64,000 nucleotides of DNA from Octopus vulgaris (taxonomy: Eukaryota). Shown here piece after piece: positions 1-12,905 of this stretch. The position numbers were made by a program, and so were the translations under genes. The DNA is taken from the NCBI GenBank assembly GCA_951406725.2, contig OX597821.1, positions 70,866,001 through 70,930,000 on the forward strand. The letters run 5' to 3'. The first letter of the stretch is position 1, and the number at the start of each line of letters is the position of its first letter. Below the pieces are notes generated by a model. It saw only the letters and a list, made by a program, of their open reading frames with translations, was not told the DNA's origin and ran no database searches.

Positions 1-40
1 TTAACAAATGTTTACAGATCCGAATTTAGGGATATGGGAA

Positions 41-153
41 GGCAGCGAACTGGCAGAATCGTTAGCACGACGGCCAAGATGCTTAGTGCCATTTCATCCG
101 TCTTTACGTTCTGAGTTCAAATCCCGCCGGGGTCGTCGGCTATGCTTTTCATT
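41..153 (+). mobile_element. SINE family A (tRNA-like head), 3'-truncated
   Basis: GGCAGCGAACTGGCAGAATCGTTAGCACG...TTCTGAGTTCAAATCCCGCCGGGGTCG (A/B-box-like). The same sequence recurs many times in the window. Confidence 0.8.
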
Positions 154-486
154 GCCTGATTGATTCGATTGATATACTATGGTATCGATTTCTAACCGAA
201 GTCGATTGTTTGGCGATCGATCGGTCCAACTGATCTGTTTGTCTGTCTGTCTGTGTGTCTGGTATCTATTATGTTCTCTCCACGAATTTTGAAAATGAAC
301 GTTTATTTCTTACATTTACATTCAGAACGTAAAGACACGTGACTAGAGACCACAGCTGCAGTGAACGCTTTTGTGAAACGTTTCTTTAGCCCCAGGGCAG
401 GGAAACCAGGTAACCTCGGGCAGTTACCTGGCTTCCAAAGCGTATAAGTGACCGAGATCACATTTCCCCCCGAATGGCTCCGTTGC

Positions 487-647
487 AATTTTGAGGTGGG
501 GGAAGTTGATTACGTTGACATCATTATTTAATAGATAAGTTAATTTGTCGTCCTCTCAGCAGAATTTGAACTCAAACGGTAGATAGTCAGAAGGAATGCC
601 ATTGAACATTTTGTTCGACGCGCAACCGATTCTTTCAGTTCGCCGCT
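487..647 (-). mobile_element. SINE family A, decayed
   Basis: Contains GCAGAATTTGAACTCAAAC...GATTCTTTCAGTTCGCCGC, the reverse complement of the family A head. Confidence 0.65.
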
Positions 648-1051
648 TTGTTTGAATACATTTGCATCAAAATTGTTTGTTTGTAAGATTGTCCCATTTC
701 TATTTTGTTTAGGTTTCAGAAGAAGATGAAAGGGAAATGCCCATAATTTTAGCTGGACTTCGACGTTGGATTGGGAAAGAAGGACGGAAGAAACTGCTAG
801 TAATGTGTTGCGTTAGTTTGAAGTTGCGCATATTTCTCAGGGCCCTGATGATCTATAAAGGTCTAGTGACCTGTCCCTAGGGAGAGTTAACTATATTCTG
901 CTTAAAGTCATGAAGCCGGGGTTAGTTAGTTAACTGAACGGTTATTTCATTAGAGACCATGTAAGATGTTTTACATTTTTACATGGAATGTGGCCAATAA
1001 AATATGTATTTCTTTAGTGATTTCTTCTGTGTTTAAGCAATTATATATATA

Positions 1052-1232
1052 TAATTATTATTTGAGGGAATAAATCCAAACTTACAAGGAAAAATACTAA
1101 ATCAAATTTCACACAATATAATATATATATATATAATTAGAAAAAAACCCATCTTTTATCAATTCAAAATGAACAATTAAAAGTTTTAATTGCTCATTTT
1201 GAATTAATAAAAGGTGTTTATTTTCTCATTAT
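1052..1232 (-). mobile_element. Short hairpin element related to the 1721-2246 family
   Basis: AGGGAATAAATCCAAACTTACAAGGAAAAAT is the reverse complement of the family tail at ~2200-2235 and ~40450-40480. It is followed by an imperfect palindrome centred at 1183 (AATTCAAAATGAACAATTAAAA-G-TTTTAATTGCTCATTTTGAATT) and flanked by short (TA)n. Confidence 0.7.
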
Positions 1233-1252
1233 ATATATATATATATAAATAT

Positions 1253-1720
<468 letters not shown>

Positions 1721-1852
1721 TTATATTAAATTAGAGATAAAACCACTATTAGGCAAATCATACAATGAAAAACTTAAGCCAATACATAAGATTATTTAAT
1801 TTATATTATTTAAATATATAACAAAATTATTAAAAAACTATAATTAATATAA

Positions 1853-1916
1853 CACTACGATCGTTTCATGGCTGTTAATTTCTTTAAATTTTCGAGTTAC
1901 AGTCATTCATCAGGTG
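1853..1916 (-). ncRNA. Minimal type-I hammerhead ribozyme (antisense copy)
   Basis: Minus strand reads CAC-CUGAUGA-AUGACUGU...ACAGCCAU-GAAA-C-GAUC-G-UA-GUG. Confidence 0.7.
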
Positions 1917-1964
1917 GTTTAAATATTTAACTTGGCGAGGTTTAATCAAGTTAAATATTTAAGC

Positions 1965-2028
1965 CACCTGATGAATGACTGTAACTCGAAAATTTAAAGA
2001 AATTAACAGCCATGAAACGATCGTAGTG
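1965..2028 (+). ncRNA. Minimal type-I hammerhead ribozyme
   Basis: Stem I CAC(1965-67)/GUG(2026-28); CUGAUGA 1968-74; stem II AUGACUGU(1975-82)/ACAGCCAU(2006-13); GAAA 2014-17; stem III is a single C-G pair with palindromic GAUC loop; GUA cleavage triplet 2023-25. Confidence 0.75.
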
Positions 2029-2243
2029 TTATATTAATTATATTTTTTTAATAATTTTGTTATATATTTAAATAATATAAATTAAATAATCTCATGTATT
2101 GGCTTAAGTTTTTCATTGTATGATTTGCCTAATAGTGGTTTTATTTCTAATTTAATATAATATAATATTTTACTATAAAATTGGATTCAATCGTAAATCT
2201 GATTTTTTCCCTGTAAGTTTGGATCTATTCCCTAATATTTATT

Positions 2244-2310
<67 letters not shown>

Positions 2311-2351
2311 CATACATATATATATATATATATACATACATATATATATAT

Positions 2352-2396
<45 letters not shown>

Positions 2397-2401
2397 TATA
2401 C

Positions 2402-2434
<33 letters not shown>

Positions 2435-2440
2435 CGTATA

Positions 2441-2480
<40 letters not shown>

Positions 2481-2607
2481 CGCACACACACACACGTACA
2501 TAAATACATACGTATATATACACACACACATGTGTAAATGTACGCACTCATACATGCGTATATACATATGCATGTGCGTATGTATGTGCATGTACCTGTC
2601 TATTTGT

Positions 2608-2795
2608 TCTCCAACTGCTTGTCGACCGATGTTAGTTTGATTATGTTCTCTAACAACAGTTCGGCAAAACAGATCAATAGAATACCTACCAGATTTTGAC
2701 GAAAAATAGTACCGGGCTGATTTGTTCAACTAAAACCTTCCAGGCGGTGCCCCAGCATGGCCGCCGTTCTATGACTGAAACGAAGAATAAAAAAA
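2608..2795 (+). mobile_element. SINE family C, 3' half
   Basis: GCTTGTCGACCGATGTTAG...GGCGGTGCCCCAGCATGGCCGCC...TGACTGAAAC tail shared with copies at 4.8, 23.2, 34.3, 43.4 and 62.7 kb. Confidence 0.75.
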
Positions 2796-3244
2796 TTAAA
2801 GAATATGCGAAATCTTTTTAAAATCCATTTTGTGTGTTCCTATGGCAACAAAAACACATTTTTTAAAAGTAATGTTTAATCTGAGCCGAAGAAAAGATTT
2901 CAAACCTTGATGGGTTCATCTGGTTTTAAGATTTTGTTAATTTACATGTAGAAAAGAAACGGGTGGGGGAATGGGTGGATATTGTTAGGTTAATTGTGTC
3001 TCTTCGGCAAACGGTTGGGAAAATATGGAAGTTAAACTTAATAGACCTTACATGATGTGACGGGTTTTAATAAGTCATCATTTCGTAGGAGAGAATACAT
3101 CATTTACACACACACACACGTGTGTGTGTGTAACATGTTTGTATAGACATAAATGACGTGTGCTAAAGAATAATTGTATGAAAAATTCAGGGCGTGTGAA
3201 GTTGCTAGAAGCAAGAAATGCTTAATTACACACACACACATGTA

Positions 3245-3288
<44 letters not shown>

Positions 3289-3326
3289 CGACAGTTTATT
3301 AAGAAATGACACCAGAACACATATAT

Positions 3327-3398
<72 letters not shown>

Positions 3399-3679
3399 TT
3401 GTCTATGTGTGCATGAGTTTGTGTGTGTGTGTTTGTATACACATCATTATGATATTTTTTTAAACTGTTAAACAAATGCTATCGTTTACCCCGACTAGCT
3501 GCAACGGGGAACTGAAACCGCGCCTCTAATTTCACGGCTTAATGGTAGAGGAAACACGACGAACCAAGCAATTACTTCATGTAGACATCTTCATATCTAA
3601 ATTTGTGAAAACAAACACCAATAAATAAATAAAGCATAAGGTATACATACATATATACATACATACATACATATATCTC

Positions 3680-3769
<90 letters not shown>

Positions 3770-4509
3770 TATATACACATATATGTGTAGCAGTGGATCG
3801 GGCAGTGACGGGAACTAGAGATATGTGTGCGCGTGTGTGTGTTCTTTCTGAACGCCAGCTTTTCGCATTCGGCATCTTCCACCATTTCTTCTAATCTGCA
3901 ACAAATAGTAATCCGTTGACAGTTGCCAAACCGACATATTAAATGGCGAATAATTAACTTCTCATGGATATGTAACTTACAAAATGATTGATTGACATAA
4001 AAACGCTCAGGTTCTTCTCAGTTGTCTTCGCTGCCATCTTTTTTTTTATTATTATTGACGTTCATCATTTTTGCTGCTATATTTGTTGTTGTTGTTGTCG
4101 TTGGTGGTGCCATATCCGTTGTTGATGATGTCCGCGCTTGTAATTGTTCTTGTTACTAAAGTTAATAGTTGTTGACAAAGACACTACGAGAGAATTAACA
4201 TAAAAAAAATTAACAGAAATAAATTCTTTGTTTTTTCTTTCAATCCATCTCTCTCAGGTTCTCGTTTTCTCTTCCCCGACAACCCCACCAACCGCCGCCC
4301 ATTTCTCTCGTTCTTTCTCCGCTAATTGGGTTATCCTATCTTCTGCTGGTTAAGTATCTGCTAAATTGTCTGTGACATGAAAGCAGACTAGATTGACCAA
4401 GATTATCCAGTAAAAAACAAGACGTTCACATTTGTTATTTTCACAGACAACTACGTTCAATGTCCATATGTTGTTATCGGTAACACGCGCACCGCGTAAG
4501 CGGCAGTTA

Positions 4510-4658
4510 CATGGTTCGACTCGTGTTGAAGGATCCGGTTTTATTTTCTGTCTTAAGTAGCACTTATAAAATGCCGTGTGTGTTTGTGTTCGTGTGTGTC
4601 ACTCATAAGTGCGGGTTAAGCAGAAGATAGCACATCCCACTCCGCGAGTCGAACCATG
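4510..4658. mobile_element. 149-bp MITE with TA target-site duplication (Tc1/mariner-type)
   Basis: TA|CATGGTTCGACTCGTG ... CGCGAGTCGAACCATG|TA (16-bp TIR, 1 mismatch), plus an inner inverted pair TTCTGTCTTAAGTAGCACTTAT/ATAAGTGCGGGTTAAGCAGAA. Confidence 0.7.
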
Positions 4659-4699
4659 TAGAAATAAAATGAAATAGACTGTACTTATATATGTGTGCG

Positions 4700-4930
4700 T
4701 GGTGTGTGTGTGTGTCTGTTTGTGTGTCTGTGTCGCAGACACACACACACTCTCACCGCTTGACAACCAGTATTGGTTTGTTTACGTCCCCGTAACTGTG
4801 CTGTTCGAGAAAAGTGACCGATAAAATAAATAGCAGACTTTAAAATAAAATAAGTTCTAGGCTCGACCAAAACCCTTTATGGTGGCGCTCCAGCATGGCC
4901 ACAGTCCAATGAGTATAACAAGTAAAAGAT
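4700..4930 (+). mobile_element. SINE family C, 3' half
   Basis: CGCTTGACAACCAGTATTGGTTTGTTTACGTCCCCGTAAC...GCTCCAGCATGGCCACAGTC...CAAGTAAAAGA. Confidence 0.8.
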
Positions 4931-5802
4931 ACTCGAAACTAGCTGAAAAACAGCCGAAAAAGAAAAACATTTTTCTTTTTTTTTTCTAAATGAATGGAAG
5001 AGCAAAGTAAAGAAAGAAGGAGAGAAGAAGAGGAGGAAGAAGAGAGAGAAAGCTAGGGAAGCGGTGGTGTGAGGGGCGAGGGGAGTTAGAAAAAGAGAAA
5101 AAAGTCAGAAATGAGTGAAAGTATCTGAGAGAATATTCGGAGATCTGTTTGCGTTCAGAAATCTGGAGTCGAAACCTTTTTCAATTCATTTCTATCTGAT
5201 GTCTGTCTGTCTGTCTCTTCTGTTCTTCCAGATGTTTCTGTAATTACAGTATTTTTCTTTTCTTATTCTTTTTTATTACAGGGGATGCTGACGGGGGAGT
5301 TGTAAGGGACCACATGGAAAATATAGCTTGTTACATAGACCCCTAAAAAAATCTGTCAATAATTTTACAAGACCGCCATTATATCTGTATTACCATTCAT
5401 TATGACATATTCGGCGATGTCTGCCAACATATATTATAATTCCTAACTTTTTTTTTACTCCTTCATTTATTTTTCTGATTGTTTTCTTTCATTTCCCTCC
5501 GTTTATCACCCCCAACACACGCACTTTTTTTCCCCCTTTCTTATTCTGCACCGTTCGGTTCTTAAATGATATTTTTCTTTCGCCTTTCTATCGTATCATT
5601 TTTTTTTTTTTTTTGGTCTCTTTTTCCTTTCATGTATATATTTCCTTCCAGATTGGTCACGCAGAACGTGTTACAAATTGTCATACAAGTAAAACAGGCT
5701 GTCACCATATCTGTAAAAGAATTTCTCTTGGAAGTCAACGGGAGGGAGGAGTTTCTACGTGGTAACCCGAACTACTAGAAATAGCTAAATATCCTTCAAA
5801 GT

Positions 5803-6060
5803 TGTGAAGGCGCGTGGCCTAGTTGTTAGAGTATGGCACCACACGACCTTACAATCGTGATTTCGATTCTAGGACTAGGCGGTGTATCGTGTTCTTGGGA
5901 AAAACCTTTAATTTCACATTGCTTCAGCCTACTCAGTAGTAAATGAGTCCCTCTGCGATGGACCGGCGTCTTGTTCAGTGCCAGTGTTGTAACCCCAGTC
6001 CCAGATACGCCATGGAGATCGAGGAAACAGTCTGGTTAGTTCCCCGGCTCAAAGCAGACT
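5803..6060 (+). mobile_element. tRNA-derived SINE (family B-related)
   Basis: GTGAAGGCGCGTGGCCTAGTTGTTAGAG head, ATTTCGATTC B-box-like motif and central domain as in 1253-1596. Confidence 0.75.
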
Positions 6061-6229
6061 TATTTTTGCAGATTACACTGTACCTACTTTCAGAGAGAGA
6101 AATAAAGGAGTCATATATCGGACAATGTAGTGTTCAGCATATCAGACAACAATTGTTAGACTGTATAAAGATGTTTAAGAATTGGAAGTAGCGGGGGTGG
6201 GGACGGTTCTTAAAACCTTGGTATAGTTA

Positions 6230-6660
6230 TTTTTTGCATAAGCCCTTATTCCCCATTTTCTCAAATCTTCAGGTCACATAGAATACAGAGTCAGGTCAAG
6301 CAACACAATAACGATGGCTTTTTGTTTGGAGCATCTTTGTTCCATTTGGGCTGCTATTCATTGCTGGGACCAGCCTGACTTTGTTGACCCCCTTTCCCCA
6401 CTATACCCCGTTCTGGCCTCCATCGTCTTCTACATTTTCAATTGTCATCGCTGCTCCTCTAACTTGGCCTTTCCAAGGTAAGCGCGTTGGCTCTGCGTAA
6501 ATCTGTTTCAACTCTGGGAAGAGTCCGTATTGTTCTAGCCTCTACTCTTTGACCTATCCAACATGCGAGGCCCTATCAGGAGCTTCCATTCCATTGGCAC
6601 AACTCTCAAAGTCTTTCAGGTACACAATCCTCACACTACAGCAAGTGATGGACCCTGTGG
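6230..6660 (-). mobile_element. RTE-clade LINE 5'UTR remnant
   Basis: Minus strand GGGTCCATCACTTGCTGTAGTGTGAGG...GAGAGTTGTGCC...CTCCTGATAGGGCCTCGCATGTTGGATAGGTCAAAGAGTAGAGG resembles RTE/BovB-type 5'UTRs as I recall them. Confidence 0.55.
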
Positions 6661-8021
6661 TGGATTATTTTTTCCAGGGTTTTGTAATATTGCATTCTGT
6701 GGGATTCTGCACTTCTCTAAACCATTCAATTCCACTTTACTATCCTGCACTCGTCAACCTCGTTCTCTACTGGTTTTTATCTTATCCGAATCCCTTCTAT
6801 TCTGTAAAAGAGAATAGAACGGTAGAAAACCACCTGTTCACGGAATATAAGTTTGAAGCCGCAATCGGTGATCCCTTGTATTTTTTATTTTGATATTTTT
6901 TTTTTGTAGGAAACTGTATTCTCCATTACCTATTTTTATCGAGACGTTAGAAACAGTTACAAGAGTCGTTCCCTTGGGAAAAGGTTAATAGAGCTGATCT
7001 CCTATTGATACATGGTTCTGGTAAAAACTGCGACAAATATTAGGTCCATTTCATATGGCTATTTTGATGCTGAATAAAACTATGGCGTGAAATCGTCTCT
7101 GTTAACGCATATATTTATACACATAGTTATATACTTGCTCTATACGTAGGCACATATATATCATCATAGCATTTATGGAACCTCACGTGTATATTGTATA
7201 GTTACACTATCAGATGTATGTATCTATGAGCATACAACCTTATTTGTATGTATGTATGTATGTATGTATGTATGTATGTATGTACGTATATATGCTTTGT
7301 ATGTGAATGTGTGTTTTGTATGTGAATGTGTGTTTACACATAGACAGAAACGCACACATACACAAAACTACACGGATACATACAAAGACACATCTACTCA
7401 CACTCAGACACACACACACACACACACACACACACTCAGAGACGCACACACACATCCACAATAGAAAGAAATACACATCCAACCGCATGCATGTCGCTAA
7501 CGACATCACCAACTTCTCCCTTTCATTATTTTAATATTTACAGGAGTGAAAATCATCAAATCTTTTGATTCGTAACAACATTCACAAAAGGAAAAGAGAT
7601 TCTCTCCCTTCGCTGCTTTATTCTGTTACATGAAATATGGAGACCATTTTGAGTTTTTTATAACAGGAAGTCGGCTTCACTGCTGCTTGCTCACTGCTTC
7701 CGTTTTAAGGTCGTTTTTACTAAATGAATTTGTTATCTGTCTGTCTTTCAGCAGATTACAAGGATAATTACTATTACATGAACACGTAGATATGGGAACA
7801 CTTCTAGATATGGGATATGTATATGAAGGAGTGAGTATGGAGAATGGGATATGTAATGTCTTGAGCGGGTTCAAGTGACAGAGAGCGGGGACGGGGACTT
7901 TATGGCTATCACTGTGTATGTGTGAGTGTGCATGAAGAGTGTGTATATGAATGTGTAAATTTATAGATATGCATACACACATACACACACACATATATAT
8001 ACATACATATGCAAGCACACA

Positions 8022-8054
<33 letters not shown>

Positions 8055-8689
8055 ATATATATATATATAAATATATGAACGTATGTGTGTGTATGTGTCT
8101 ATGTGTCTGTGTACTAAAAGTGAGAATGATTAAGTCGTCTGTGTTGGACCATTAAACATTGAGTGTTGAAACTAGCTTAAGATTAGGGAAAACACATGTT
8201 TTCTCTCTCTCACACACATTCTCATCACATATTCATGTGTGTGTGTGTATGTGTGTGTGTATTTTCGTCTACCTCTTTACCAAGACCCTAACGCACTTTA
8301 TTTCATATCAACTCATCTTACAGTCATTTAAAGCCATCACCTGCCGGATTGATTCTATTTTCATAGAGATTTACAAGGATTTACTGCTGGTTCTGTTTGC
8401 AGTTTTCTTTCGGTTGGGTTATTATTATTTTTTTTTTTTGTTTGCTTTTAGCAGTTGGAGTGGGGTTTTGATATAGAAGAGGTATGTATGTGATATCCGT
8501 GAGAATGTACTGTCTGACATTCAGATGCATCGACTTCGTGGAAGATTCTGGAATCTTTATACCATAACATATTCCTTTCCATCTCAGGAAATCAATGACA
8601 GTGTTTGTTAATAGTTGAGATTCCTTTAAAAGTCATCATCCATTGGAATTTTATGGAACGCAGCGCTGAGATCAATTTCTGCAAAAATA

Positions 8690-8880
8690 GTACTTGCTAT
8701 TATAGATACAAGGCCTGCAAATTTGAGGGATGGGTTGAGTCGGCCACATCGACACCCGTGTTGAATTGACTCTTATTCTATGGACCCCAAAAAGGGTGAA
8801 ATACAACGGAATTTGAACTCAGAATGGAATGACGGACGAAATGCCGCAAAACATTTTGTACATCGTGCTAGCGATTCTAG
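8690..8880 (-). mobile_element. SINE family A
   Basis: ACAAGGCCTGCAAATTTGAGGG...GGAATTTGAACTCAGAATG...GCTAGCGATTCT. Confidence 0.75.
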
Positions 8881-8959
8881 GAGTCTAGGATTCTAGGATA
8901 CTAGCGATTCAAGGCTGTAGCCTATCATCATTGTTGTGTGTGGTTTGTATGATACCCTT

Positions 8960-10440
8960 CACACAGATATTACGGAAAGTGACATCGGGTACATCTGTTA
9001 TGTATGGATGATTAAAGATCTTTGGAAAGACCGAACGGGAAATAAATGGCCTAGTTTCAACAGTGCAGATATTCAGTAAGGACATCGGAATGGAATTTGG
9101 GACTGAAAAGTGTGGCTTGCTGTTAATACAAAGTAGAGTCGTCTGAACGTGTAGAGTTGCCCAACGGCGAGAAAATCAAGAATATTGAGACTAATGGATA
9201 TAAATATCTGGGGATTTTGGAATACGACAAAATCAAGGAAAGTGAAATGAAGGAAAGCTTTAGGTGAAAATATGCCAGAAGAGCCAAGTTAATTATGGGA
9301 AATAGACTCAATGGAAAAAAAGAAAATCAGGGCAATGAACACATGGACTGTTTTCTTAATGCGAGATGGCATAGGTGTTATTAAGTGGACAAAAAACGAA
9401 CTTGAGGAAATGGACAGGAAAACTAGAAAAGACATGACAATTAACAAGTTACTACATCCCAAAAGTGATACTGACAGACTGTATGTGCCTAGGAACAGGG
9501 GATGCAAAATCTGTGTTGTCAACGAGAAGAACATTCTGGGATGGTACATAAAAAAGCAGAATGAATCCTTCCTTGCCGCTGTTAGAATTAACAGTATAAT
9601 ACCTACCGAAAATGTGATGCACCCACAGACATTTCAGGAACAAGATGAAGAGGAAATAGAAAACAACTGGAAAATGAGACTACTGCATGGGCAATACCGC
9701 AGAGAAATCGAAGGAAAACACAAGATCAACACTTGGACATGGCTAATAAAAAGTGATCTGAAAGGGTACACTGATTCATCGATACGTAGCACCCAGGAAC
9801 AAGCTCCGAGAATTAATTACACCAATTCAAATAGATAAGAATAGTAAATTGCCTCTTTGTAGGATGAGTGGCAGCAGAAATGAAACAATCTCACATATTG
9901 TGAGTGAGTGTAGCAAGCTGGCCCAAAAGCACTTCAAAAGGAGGCATGATAACGTGGCTAAGTTCGTCCACTGGTGACCATGTGAAACGTACGGCCTGAA
10001 CAGAGCACGGAAATGGTACGAACATGAACCAGAAGGGGTCACCGAGAACAAGGAATTTTACAATCCAATGTGACTCCCTAATCGAGGCTCGAGGACCAGA
10101 TATTGTTGTGGTAGATGAGGAAAAAAAAAAAACCATGATCATAGATACTGCAATACCCAGAGATGCACGCATAAGTGACGAAGAACTAGAAATCATTGAA
10201 AAGTACAGACTACTAAAAGACAAAATTGCAAGAATATGGAGTACGTAGAAAGTGTCTGTCATTCAAGTAGATGTAGGGGCACTCGGAGCACTAACAACCA
10301 AGTTCGAGAAATATGTCAAAGAAATCGGAATTAACATTAGAGTAAAGCAAGCCCAAAACACTGCTCTGCTGGAGGCAGCTAGGATTTTGAGATTGGTATT
10401 TGGATACTGAATGTCTCCCACGATAAATAACGATCAAGTA
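8960..10440 (+). pseudogene. R4/Dong-type non-LTR retrotransposon ORF (RT C-terminus, CCHC knuckle, restriction-like endonuclease), disrupted
   Basis: Translates to HLLCMDD (YMDD-like), FSKDIGMEFGTEKC, YKYLGILE, WTKNELEEMDRKTRK..LHPKSDTDRLYVPR, CRM..NETISHIVSECSKLAQ..KRRHDNVAK, GPDIVVVD..MIIDTAIP..EKY and ARILRLVFGY*. Several stops and frameshifts. Confidence 0.9.
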
Positions 10441-10550
10441 TCAAAGCTTATAATGAGCAGAAAGCGACCCTGTGAGACCTCTGACAGAAGGATGGTGTCT
10501 GCTCTCACAGAATCTACCAGAACAAATAAGACTGAACGTTCTCAGAAAAC

Positions 10551-10563
10551 ATGATGATGATGG

Positions 10564-10606
<43 letters not shown>

Positions 10607-10610
10607 AATG

Positions 10611-10686
<76 letters not shown>

Positions 10687-10722
10687 TAATAATAATAATA
10701 ATAATAACAACAACAACAACAA
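10551..10722. repeat. Compound (GAT)n-(AAT)n-(AAC)n microsatellite
   Basis: Directly visible. Confidence 0.95.
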
Positions 10723-11387
10723 ACTTTACTCAGCAACTAGTAAGCGAAAGGCAGATTGGCTATAAAGGGTTGGATAAGCTTCCAAGCAAAAGTAATTAAT
10801 GTTCTATTCGTAATCACCCCACAAACGAAAATTTGGGTTTTGTACAAGTAAATTAGAAGACGTCCCCTTGCTGCTATTAGATAGAACCTGCTGCTTAATC
10901 GTTTCTCTTAACTTTACAACCGTTAATAGAAGAATATACATTGCAAGTTTTCGAGATTCACTGTTTTAATAGAAAAAAATCAATTTAATACAAGACTTGA
11001 GAATTTAATCATATTGATGTCCTTTACGTCAGGCACAGTTGATTGGTTTCAAGCTTTCGATTATTTTGTGCAATCATTCTGGTAAAGCAGCTCCAACAGG
11101 ACCTTGATCCCAAGTGGGTAAGTCAAGTTTGAGTAGGGGACTACTGTCTAAGCTTCTACTGCAAAGTAAGAGAACTTAGGATTTTTTAAAATGTCTGGTT
11201 GATAAAGAGCCATGTTATGTAATGGACGTTACATCGAGTATACACTGGAAATCATGGAAACATTTCTTCATAAATTTCATAGAGTGACCGGATCATTTCG
11301 TGGGGATTCGCCAAACTTAAGCTAACCTGAGTTGCATTACAGTCCATAACAACTTATATAATAGTTACACAACTAAATATTCCATTT

Positions 11388-11772
11388 TTTCTTTTCTACT
11401 TTAGGCACAATGCCCGAAATTTTGGGAGAGGGAGCCAGTCGATTAGATCGACCCCAGTACGCAATTGGTACTTAATTTATCGACTCCGAAAGGATGAAAG
11501 GCAAAGTCGACCCCGGCGGAATTTGAACTCAGAACGTAAAGCCAGGCGAAATACCTATTTCTTTCCTACCCACAATGGGCTAAACACAGAGAGGACAAAC
11601 AAGGACAGACACACAAATTAAGTCGATTATCTCGACCCCAGTGCGTAACTGGTACTTATTTAATCGACCCCGAAAGGATGAAAGGCAAAGTCGACCGCGG
11701 CGGAATTTGAACTCAGAACATAAAGACAGGCGAAATACCGCTAAGCATTTCGCCCGGTGCCAACTCGTCACC
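11388..11772 (-). mobile_element. Dimeric/composite SINE family A
   Basis: Two tandem copies of GACCCCAGT..GGTACTTA..CGAAAGGATGAAAGGCAAAGTCGACC..GGCGGAATTTGAACTCAGAAC..GGCGAAATACC with different tails. Confidence 0.85.
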
Positions 11773-12277
11773 TTTTACAACTAAATATCATATTATGATT
11801 CTTTTCGTCACTTCTTTTGTAAGTTAGCTCTGTGTTGGGCAGTTTTATAGTTTTCCCAGGTTTTTCTAGCTATTGGTATCTTCTCTTGGATGACGTTAAT
11901 GAATTAACATGATATACCATAATTTTGGTTCCTGTACAATAGATTCATCATCATCATCATCATCATCATCATTATCATCATCATCAGCTACAGCAGATTC
12001 TTCTGGTACATTCTACCAAATCGTGCAGGAAGTGCATGAAGATGTTTTACACTTGATAATTCAGTCTGCCTCAACACAATTACCATGCTTGAAATTGATA
12101 ATATTTAAAATATCTCCAAGAGTTTGTAGAGGACTACACCAGGCAATTTGAACGCCCCTTGAGCCAAGAAATTCTTTCAACGTCTATCCTATTTCTATTG
12201 GAGAAGAGTTTTTCAATAATTGTTCCAAACTGTGGCGAAATACATGACAATTAGCATGGTTATGTGCTTTGCAATAA

Positions 12278-12405
12278 GGCGAAAACCTGACAGAATCGTT
12301 GTAACGTTGGACAAAATGCTTAGCAGCATACCTTCTGTCTTCAGGTTCTCAGTTCAAATCCCGCTGAGGTCAACTTTCAGGGTCGATAAAATAAAGTATC
12401 AATCA
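12278..12405 (+). mobile_element. SINE family A fragment
   Basis: GGCGAAAACCTGACAGAATCGTT...GTTCAAATCCCGCTGAGGTCAAC...GGGTCGATAAAATAAAGTA. Confidence 0.7.
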
Positions 12406-12619
12406 ACGGCCTTGCATCCTGCAACGGATCGACATCTCGTTCAGTGGGAAATGCTGTGATCTGGGTCACTTACTCGCGATAGAAACAGGGTAATCGGCCT
12501 TATGATTCCTTGAGCTAAAAAAAAACCCTGTTTTTTTACAAGAGGATCATTACATAGAGACAGTAACTTGTTTATGTATTCAACTCGTCAGAACATGTTA
12601 TACAAGGTGACACTCACAC

Positions 12620-12905
12620 TTGATGCTTTCCCTTGAAACTGCATACGAATTGCTCCAAAAAAGAAAGCGATGTACATGAGGTGCGATGACAGTCAAGGCT
12701 GATCTGGAACCCAACCTAGGCCCCCATATCTACGGCGTTCGCCGCTGGAATAGGCAGTGGCTAGAGATCACGCGGTCGTTAACCTCAAATCACCAGGTCT
12801 AGTCGGCGTTTGTGAGAGATGCAGCATTGAGGATGAATGACGCCAGCCCCCCCCCCCCCCCACCACCACCACCACCACCGGGTGAATGGTGTCTCAAGGT
12901 CAAGA
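12620..12905 (+). mobile_element. RTE-clade LINE 3' end remnant
   Basis: Translates to MTVKADLEPNLGPHIYGVRRWNRQWLEI, resembling the C-terminus of flatworm/mollusc RTE (SR2-like) ORFs. Confidence 0.6.

Larger units (their letters stand above)
1721..2246 (+). mobile_element. Non-autonomous Penelope-like/retrozyme-like element: 214-bp inverted arms plus unique tail, in (TA)n
   Basis: 1721-1934 is nearly the exact reverse complement of 1947-2160 (12-nt loop). The tail 2161-2246 matches 40410-40494 and 40620-40701. Each arm carries a hammerhead core. Confidence 0.8.

Noticed and set aside
845-880. CTGATGA heptamer (also 33363-33369 minus, 37588 and 47526)
   Set aside because: No stem II followed by GAAA and NUH; expected by chance.
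2219-2729. Numerous YIYI/CVCV/poly-I/N/H/E ORFs here and across the window
   Set aside because: They are translations of stop-free microsatellites with no coding signal.
3790-3900. Minus-strand acceptor-like site followed by [17 protein letters not shown]
   Set aside because: It runs into microsatellite, with no domain similarity or clear donor.
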